Shown here: positions 64,000 through 64,000 of the stretch, in pieces | How the letters are laid out: each line of letters opens with the position of its first letter | Position numbering within the stretch: the first letter of the stretch is position 1 | Source of the DNA: Bilabrum cf. latius | Lineage: Eukaryota | Length of the DNA: 64,000 nucleotides | Reading direction: 5' to 3' | NCBI GenBank assembly: GCA_965178125.1 | Contig: OZ237739.1 | Span: forward strand, 434,001 to 498,000 | Translations under genes and position numbers: made by a program | Notes under the pieces: generated by a model | Seen by the model: the letters and a program-made list of their open reading frames with translations, nothing else | Databases searched by the model: none | What the model was told of the DNA's origin: nothing

Positions 64000-64000
64000 C

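Larger units (their letters stand above)
1..64000. repeat. Tandem array of ~22 near-identical 2943-bp coding units (macrosatellite-like), extending past both window edges
   Basis: The landmark gtgccttccgcaagCTAcagcacc has its CTA at 1577, 4520, 7463, 10406, 13349, 16292, 19235, 22178, 25121, 28064, 31007 | 33663, 36606, 39549, 42492, 45435, 48378, 51321, 54264, 57198, 60132 | 62335. Spacing is 2943 bp, except 2934 bp for 54264-57198-60132. Copies differ by scattered SNPs. Confidence 0.99.

Noticed and set aside
1-64000. CRISPR array, rDNA, tRNA cluster or tandem transposon as the explanation of the periodicity
   Set aside because: No short repeat-spacer structure, no rRNA/tRNA motifs, no transposase or reverse transcriptase motifs and no terminal repeats; the unit is fully protein-coding.

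Overview
The whole window is one head-to-tail tandem array of about 22 near-identical 2943-bp units (981 codons; two units are 2934 bp), broken only by two 200-N scaffold gaps (31968-32167, 60674-60873). The real coding frame is on the minus strand. It encodes a Val/Ser/Gly-rich, Lys-poor protein with many N-X-S/T sequons, and each unit holds three pairs of beta-sandwich-like domains. Successive units are in frame with no intergenic space. The only interruption is one in-frame TAG per unit, inside a domain (…GQVVELTAVL*LAEGTLVGSS…), which aligns with a sense residue in the two paralogous domains of the same unit. Every extra in-frame stop in variant copies is also TAG (GAG>TAG, CAG>TAG), and I saw no frameshifts. 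The best reading is an internal part of a giant repetitive surface glycoprotein gene (>10,000 aa per contig) from a GC-rich eukaryote, in which UAG is decoded as an amino acid or read through. A homogenised pseudogene or a tiny stop-removing intron cannot be excluded from sequence alone. The array also shows a dimeric higher-order repeat, a diverged low-GC patch in two units and probable assembly redundancy across both gaps. No RNA genes, CRISPR array or mobile element were seen.
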